Shown piece after piece: positions 58,216-64,000 of a stretch of 64,000 nt of DNA. Source of the DNA: Candidatus Latescibacterota bacterium (GTDB lineage: Bacteria > Latescibacterota > UBA2968 > UBA8231); assembly GCA_965206595.1 (NCBI GenBank), contig OZ242214.1, positions 3,616,001 to 3,680,000 of the forward strand, read 5' to 3'. Under the pieces are notes generated by a model, which did not search any database, had not been told where the DNA came from, and saw only the letters and a program-made list of their open reading frames with translations. The position numbers were made by a program, and so were the translations under genes. Each line of letters starts with the position of its first letter. Positions within the stretch are counted from its first letter, which is position 1.

Positions 58216-60165
58216 CTAGTGCTCTTCAATCCACAGCACCCGGTTGATTTTAGAGCTGCCGCCGACGGTTTGTTTTTTGCCGTTTGCCCAAGTGACTTTG
58301 ATCGAAGAATACTCGCTGTTTTCACCTAGGCCAAGGTAAAGGGGATACTCACTGTGAGATATAAAGCCAGATTTGCCGTCGTAGACCCGGTGAAGTTTTT
58401 GCCCATCTGGCAAGGCCACCTCAATTCTTGTGCCGATACCGCTGCGATTGTTCTCCACCCCTCTAAACCTCAATTTCAGATAGTTGATGCTTTTCTTGTC
58501 AGCTAGGTTACTTATGAGAATTTGTGGGTGAGAGTAGTTCTCATTAGTAACAATATCGAGATCACCGTCATTATCTAAATCGAAAATCGCTGACGAGCGG
58601 GAGCCCAGCGATCCGAAAACCGTAATAACACCTTCGTGTTTTCCTTCACAGTCGAACTTGACGTACTCGGTTGCACAATCGCGCGTAAAAATTGGGGTCT
58701 TTGTTTTTTCATCCTTACGTGGCTCGATATTCAAGAGGCCAGCTACCTCGACAAAACTCTCGCCTCGCTGATTGAGCCGCAGGGAATTCGGCCAGTACCG
58801 CCAAGGGTAATTCATACTGGCAGTGATAAAAACGTCCTCGAAGCCATCGGCGTTGACATCTTCAACACTCACGCCCCATGGCCAGTAGTTTTCGAGGCCC
58901 AGTTCATCGGATTTTTCTCGATAAAACACCCCGTCCTTGCCCTTGGCACCCTCAAAGAAGGCGTTTCCCCAAATAACCTGCTTGTCCTCTAGCTTCTTCA
59001 AGAAGTGTTGCTTCAGCTTTTCTTTGGGCACTTGCGAGACGGCGATATCAGATTTCAGGTTTCTTTGAGATGGCTTAAAACTGGCCCTCGCGCTCGGTCG
59101 CCGCGGATTTGCCCAGATCATATCAGCGTGCATGTCGGTGACAAAAAGATCGAAAAGGCCGTCATTGTTATAGTCGAAACTGTTGACACCTTGAGACCCG
59201 TGTGGGCTCTTTCGAAAATACTCTTGCGTCATGCGCTGAAAAGATTTTCCATTCTGATTGACGAAAGCTTCGTCGCGGCGATGCATGTCCAACACATAGA
59301 GATCCATCCACCCGTCCTGATTGATATCCAATATAGTGGCATCCCCCGACCACATCTGATCGCTCAATCCGACTTTTTCAGTGACGTCTACAAATGTGCC
59401 ATTGACGTTTCGGTAGAGCTTGTTGCTTTCAAAAGTTCCCTCACGCATATGTAACATCGGCGCCTGGACGACGGGAATGTAATATCCGTCTGCTTCGTCT
59501 TTTTTTCTCCCGGTAAACTTGCCAGTATTCAAAACGTAGAGGTCGAGCCAGCCATCGCCATCATAGTCAAAAAACACTGGCGCCGATGAATGAAAGTGCG
59601 AATCCAGCCCCACCTCTTCAGTCACGTCTCTAAAAGTTCCATCACCTTGATTGGCGAACAGGATATTGCCAATTCGCGTGGTAGTGACATACAGATCAGG
59701 GTCGCCGTCATTGTCGTAGTCAGCAAATCCGGCGCTGGCGGCGATCTTGCCGTCAGTGCCCACGCCAGCTGACTCTGTAACATTCTCAAATTTTCCGCCA
59801 CCAACATTTCGCCACAATTGGCTGCTGCCGATATGACTGACAAAGTAAATGTCAAGCCAGCCATCGTTGTCGTAATCAGCAATGGCGAGGCCATTTTCGT
59901 GGCGATAGTAGAAAATCCTGCCGCCCGTTTTCAGGAGGTCGACCATGGTCTGGTGTTTGAAATCTATGCCTGATTCCGGACGGCGGTCTTCAAACTGGAA
60001 CTGGTTGAATGCCAGCATCTTGTTGCGGTTCTCAACCTGTTCGCTCTTGATTTCCTTGATCCAGTTGTCCTCGCTACCAAAGCCCTTGAATTGTTCTTCT
60101 GGATCGGAGCAGGCGGTGACGGTCAACGTGACTATCGACAGGTGAACGAGAGGTTTTTTGCTCAT
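58216..60165 (-). CDS. CRTAC1-like ASPIC/UnbV lipoprotein, visibly lower GC than its neighbours
   Basis: Lipobox TVTAC, DYDNDG repeats and C-terminal NRSGIGTRI...LYLGLG...VTWANG; Lys-rich. Confidence 0.85.
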   Translation of the reverse strand: MSKKPLVHLSIVTLTVTACSDPEEQFKGFGSEDNWIKEIKSEQVENRNKMLAFNQFQFEDRRPESGIDFKHQTMVDLLKTGGRIFYYRHENGLAIADYDNDGWLDIYFVSHIGSSQLWRNVGGGKFENVTESAGVGTDGKIAASAGFADYDNDGDPDLYVTTTRIGNILFANQGDGTFRDVTEEVGLDSHFHSSAPVFFDYDGDGWLDLYVLNTGKFTGRKKDEADGYYIPVVQAPMLHMREGTFESNKLYRNVNGTFVDVTEKVGLSDQMWSGDATILDINQDGWMDLYVLDMHRRDEAFVNQNGKSFQRMTQEYFRKSPHGSQGVNSFDYNNDGLFDLFVTDMHADMIWANPRRPSARASFKPSQRNLKSDIAVSQVPKEKLKQHFLKKLEDKQVIWGNAFFEGAKGKDGVFYREKSDELGLENYWPWGVSVEDVNADGFEDVFITASMNYPWRYWPNSLRLNQRGESFVEVAGLLNIEPRKDEKTKTPIFTRDCATEYVKFDCEGKHEGVITVFGSLGSRSSAIFDLDNDGDLDIVTNENYSHPQILISNLADKKSINYLKLRFRGVENNRSGIGTRIEVALPDGQKLHRVYDGKSGFISHSEYPLYLGLGENSEYSSIKVTWANGKKQTVGGSSKINRVLWIEEH

Positions 60166-60281
60166 TAGAATGACCTCAAGAGAAAGTTGATGCTTCCTAT
60201 CTAGTAGTTATCCGAGCCCACTGTCAAACGGGCGGAGTGGGCCACTAGGCCGCTGTTTCAGGGCTGTGGTGGCAGCGGCTG

Positions 60282-61720
60282 CTACGACCCCCAGGTGCGT
60301 TCCCAGCGCGCGTAGATGCCCCGCGCTTCCCCCTGTCTCGTATCGAGGGCAAGGGCCAGACGATTGTCGCCGTTCCTGGATTCGAGGCGCAACGACGTCG
60401 TGTCTTGAACAGCCGGACTGCTGCCGGGGCCCTCGAAAACCTCCCGTCCGTTCCACCACACCTTTACCGGACCATCGTAGCCGAGGTGGACGTCGACCAG
60501 GTCCCATGGCCCCACTTCGATGTCCACGACAAAGTATACGAATCCGCCGCGGCTTTCGATGACGTTGCCGGCATCGATGAAGTTGTAGCCAGGCGTATGA
60601 GGAGTACCATCCTCGGGCATACGCACCGGACCAAATTTCCGCGAGCCCGCCTCCGGATCAGGCTCAGCTGCCGCCTCGAGGCCGCGATGGGTCTCCACCA
60701 GATCGCTGACCAGCATTTCGTCGATGAAATCGGCTCCGGAGAGGACGTCGGCTACGTAGATGTCCGGCTTCGTCCACTGGTCCAGCTTCGGGTCTTCGTT
60801 GGCGATGGCGTTGCTGTAGAAGCTGAGGGAAAACCGATGGCTGTTATCCGGGCGGCGGGCGACGCCCATGTAGGAGTTGTCCGGGTGAAGCCCGGGCGGT
60901 AGCACGCAATCAGGAAGCATTCACCATCAATGACCCTGAAGATGCCCGTGTGTGCGGCATGGTCTTCTTCCTCGTGTATGCGGATGTCGATCGGGTCCCA
61001 GCCGCCCGAGATGTAGACCCGGCCATCTACGGTCCAGCAGGCGGGACCGGTCACTCCGACCTCCAGTTGCTGCATATCCCACTTCTCGAACGGGTGTTGG
61101 CTGTGGCACAGTTTGGGTTTCTTGAGGCCGCTTTCGCACCGCATGAGCATCGTGGCGGTGCCGTCAGGCAGGATTTCCAGATAGCATTCGTTCGCCATAT
61201 CCTCCGGTGGATCGTTTATTGGTCGGACATCGACCCAGTTGCGGCCATCTTCACTCTCGAACCAGTGCACCCCATACGGTTGCCCGTAACGACATCCCGC
61301 GCAGTAGTGCTTGCCCCGATGCCAGACGGGACGCCACAACGCGAAATTGCAAGTCCCTTCATAGGGCTCAAAGGGCGTCCAGTGATCGCCGTTCTCCGTG
61401 ACGGCACAGCCCGACAGCACCGGATGGCTGTCGGTGGGATCGACATAAAAAGTGCAGTACAACCTGCGTCTGCAGTACAACCTGCGTCCGTCCGGGTAGA
61501 GGTGAGAATCGCGCGTGTCATCGTCGCGGCGCAGCACGGCCACCCTGTCCCATGTGACCCCCGCATCGCGACTGCGCTGAACGATGCGACCGGAATCGTC
61601 CTGATGGTGGACATCGCCCTGGCGATACTCCCCGTAGAGTTCCCCCTTGAACCAGCTCGCTCCGGTGAACGCATTGTGCAGGCGGTCATTCGTTATGCGA
61701 CGGATGCTGAGAACTTTCAT
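60282..61720 (-). pseudogene. Sialidase/BNR-like beta-propeller protein, frameshifted near 60915
   Basis: HNAFT, RSRDAGVTW, DTRD, ESEDGRNW (Asp-box-like), DNSYMG, SFYS. The two ORFs join at ~60915. There is also an in-frame 18-bp duplication. Confidence 0.65.
61453..61488. repeat. Perfect 18-bp tandem duplication
   Basis: TGCAGTACAACCTGCGTC occurs twice in tandem. Confidence 0.95.
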
Positions 61721-61881
61721 CGAGTTGACTCTCTATGACTTTCGTGGTATGCCGAGCTCACCGGAACAGGGCGAGGGACTGCTCGATGTCCGCCTTACCG
61801 CCGTGCTTCTATGCCGAAAACTCGTCGTCGTGGCTTGCGCCGGGCGCTCGGGGCTCCGCCGGAGTGACTTCAGTTTTTTGC

Positions 61882-61910
61882 TTGACATTTGCCTTCATTA
61901 TATATACCTT
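61882..61910 (+). promoter_or_regulatory. Sigma70-type promoter
   Basis: TTGACA-17 nt-TACCTT in an AT-rich tract; GGGAGG RBS before ATG 61963. Confidence 0.6.
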
Positions 61911-61962
61911 CACCCCGCATTGCCAGAAAGAGCAATGGATTTTCCTTTTAGGGAGGGATGAA

Positions 61963-62808
61963 ATGAAAAAAGTAGCTGTTTTAACTGCAGTTTTCGGATT
62001 GGTCGGCACGAGTATTGCTCATCAGCCGGAGGGAGAGCTCGAGTTTATCGTGCAGTTTCCCGACGAGGGGGTCCCAAGTGTAGACGGGAATGGTGGCGAT
62101 TGGGATGGAGTCCCGTCGAGATACCTTATGGGCTCTGACCAACTCTACAACTCGTATTCTGAGGAAGGTCGCGGCCAGGACGACCGTAGCGACATGAACA
62201 TCACTCACATGGTCGGGTGGAACGACAACCTCAACAAGCTGTACTTCCTCACCACGGTGTTCGACAACGTGCACAATACCGATCGGGCCGATCCTGGCCC
62301 ATTCTACAAAGATGACGCCCTGGAGATCGAAGTGGACACCCAGCACAAACCCCAGTCGGAGCAAAATGTGGACGTTGCCGACAGGATCGCTTACAAATTC
62401 GCTGTGCCCCCCGTTTCGGACGCGTTCTATTTCACGCGCCCCGTTGCCGGGGTAGCTGCATGGCTCGCTCCTGGCACTGAGTGGGTGGACTTTGGGTGGA
62501 GCTTCGACGGGGATCAGTTCGGCGAGAGCACCTACACTTACGAGTTGGCCATCACACCCATCGAGTCCTTTCCGAAGGACGAAGCCACCGCTCAGGACGG
62601 AGTAACAGTCTGGGACTTGGAGGAAGGTGATGTCATTCATCTCTCCATCAACGTTGGCGATATTGACGCGGGTGACGACTACCACGGCTTCCATAGCCTT
62701 TCGCCGACGAGCTGGAATACCGACTTCGCCCTGGACGAGATAGCCTCCGATTTCGCGACTGCCGTCGAGACAGATACTTGGGCCCGCATCAAGGCCCAGT
62801 TCAAGTAG
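61963..62808 (+). CDS. Secreted acidic CBM9/DOMON-like protein with C-terminal TAVE..TWARIK motif
   Basis: Signal peptide MKKVAVL...SIA, P.VDG...DW, VGWND..NKLY...V.D, DDALEI.VD, YELAI; ends ATAVETDTWARIKAQFK. Confidence 0.7.
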   Translation: MKKVAVLTAVFGLVGTSIAHQPEGELEFIVQFPDEGVPSVDGNGGDWDGVPSRYLMGSDQLYNSYSEEGRGQDDRSDMNITHMVGWNDNLNKLYFLTTVFDNVHNTDRADPGPFYKDDALEIEVDTQHKPQSEQNVDVADRIAYKFAVPPVSDAFYFTRPVAGVAAWLAPGTEWVDFGWSFDGDQFGESTYTYELAITPIESFPKDEATAQDGVTVWDLEEGDVIHLSINVGDIDAGDDYHGFHSLSPTSWNTDFALDEIASDFATAVETDTWARIKAQFK

Positions 62809-62847
62809 CGCCTGACGAGTAGCTGTCAGGTGCAGTGAGGAGTGGCA

Positions 62848-62888
62848 AGACCCGTGTCCCGCTTTGTGGGACGCGGGTCTTTTGTTTT
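62848..62888 (+). terminator. Intrinsic terminator
   Basis: AAGACCCGTGTCCC-GCTTTGT-GGGACGCGGGTCTT followed by TTGTTTT. Confidence 0.8.
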
Positions 62889-62904
62889 CTGGCGGGAGAC
62901 GACG

Positions 62905-64000
62905 ATGTCTCACTCGGTTTTCTGGGTCGGTCTGGTTAGCCTGGTTTTGACCGGGCAGGCCATGGCCGCAAGGTCGGAATATATCCTGGCCGGGGACAGT
63001 GGGATCCCTGGCCGCCAGACCTGGCCGACAGCCCTGGCGGCAGACCCCGGCTTCTACGTCGTTTTCGACAACGACGGCAAGCCCATCGAATCCGTTCCCG
63101 TCGCCCAGGCTCCCCAGGGGGCAGGCGCCGATACCCTCATCGACTACAGCAACGGCGCCATTGAATGCGTCGACATAGACCCCACCTGGAACTTGGCCCG
63201 GCATCTAGAGCTGGCGGATGGTCGAATTACCTCGAGCATGCAATATGGCTATCTGTACGCCGAGCTGGAATCCATCGTCAAGTCGTTTGACGGCAACCCG
63301 ACGACCGCTGCCTACCGCCCCTTTAAACAGGATCCCGACGGGCTTCCAGGCATAGGCGAGGGGTTTCGGGATAACTTCATCGTCGACCTGGGAGCGGACT
63401 TCCCGATCAACCGGGTCCGGTTTTACCCCCGCTTGGGCCGCGATGAGGATGCCCGGATCATCGAGCGGATGGAAAAGCCCAAACCGGACAAATCAGCATT
63501 CGACACCGTGAGCTTCTCTGAAAATTACCTCGAATGGTACGAGCTCAGCGTGGCCGACAATAGCAAGCCGTTCTCCAAAGATCCCACCCCCACCAGCTGG
63601 GTGCCGGGCACGCGCTGGTTCCACAGCACCGAGCGCTTTGGGGCAACGCTCGACCCGTGGTTCACGAGCCTCAAACTGACCACCGAAAATCTGGACGTGG
63701 TCGTGGATCACCGCTTCCCGCTGCGCCACGAGCGTTATGTGGCCGTCAGGCCCATCAAACCGCTGCGCGGTTGGGAAATCGCCGAGATGGAAGTCTACGG
63801 AGAGGGCTACACCAGGAAAGGGGTGTTCCTCACCAATATCCTGGACTTCGGGCAGGCAGTCAGTTGGGGCAAGATCCGCTGGGCTGGCGAGGTCCCCCCG
63901 GGCACCAAGGTGGATATCAGGACCCGCACGGGCAATGATCCGCACCCCAGCCTCTACTGGAAGCCGGACGAGATCTCCCGCGAACTGGAGCCGATTACCC
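62905..64000 (+). CDS. Secreted protein with discoidin/F5-8-like motifs, runs off the window end and is absent from the ORF track
   Basis: RBS GGGAG, ATG 62905, signal MSHSVFWVGLVSLVLTGQAMA. Open frame with FDGNPTTA, IVDLG..FPINRVRFYPR, WEIAEMEVYGEGY, LDFG...WGKIRW, RTRTG. Confidence 0.8.
   Translation, partial: MSHSVFWVGLVSLVLTGQAMAARSEYILAGDSGIPGRQTWPTALAADPGFYVVFDNDGKPIESVPVAQAPQGAGADTLIDYSNGAIECVDIDPTWNLARHLELADGRITSSMQYGYLYAELESIVKSFDGNPTTAAYRPFKQDPDGLPGIGEGFRDNFIVDLGADFPINRVRFYPRLGRDEDARIIERMEKPKPDKSAFDTVSFSENYLEWYELSVADNSKPFSKDPTPTSWVPGTRWFHSTERFGATLDPWFTSLKLTTENLDVVVDHRFPLRHERYVAVRPIKPLRGWEIAEMEVYGEGYTRKGVFLTNILDFGQAVSWGKIRWAGEVPPGTKVDIRTRTGNDPHPSLYWKPDEISRELEPIT

Overview
High-GC bacterial chromosomal segment. 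The gene content (FG-GAP/ASPIC-UnbV paralogs, FlgD-Ig and dockerin-like C-termini, a PorV-like barrel, DUF6785-type membrane proteins) suggests an FCB-superphylum lineage such as Latescibacterota; this is inference only. Housekeeping blocks (recA; rho-rpmE-DUF1385-prfA-prmC; dnaG; split transketolase; rnpB; pyrF; bamD-nadD-thrC; seven tRNAs) alternate with accessory blocks, several of which begin just after tRNA genes and contain decayed genes. There is no CRISPR array, prophage or intact transposase. Best leads: (1) two correctly spaced NrdR-type boxes in front of a transketolase rather than a ribonucleotide reductase; (2) a DUF6785-like membrane protein / ASPIC-UnbV beta-propeller / TPR lipoprotein module that occurs twice in the same orientation; (3) an operon pairing a 2110-aa FG-GAP/Ig protein ending in a FlgD-Ig domain with a PorV-like barrel fused to a transglutaminase-like domain and TPRs; (4) a Myxococcus-like LexA box inside the recA promoter; (5) candidate C-terminal sorting or anchoring motifs on secreted proteins. 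Several frameshifts are single-base homopolymer indels and may be sequencing errors. All family assignments come from motif recognition by eye; no database search was run.
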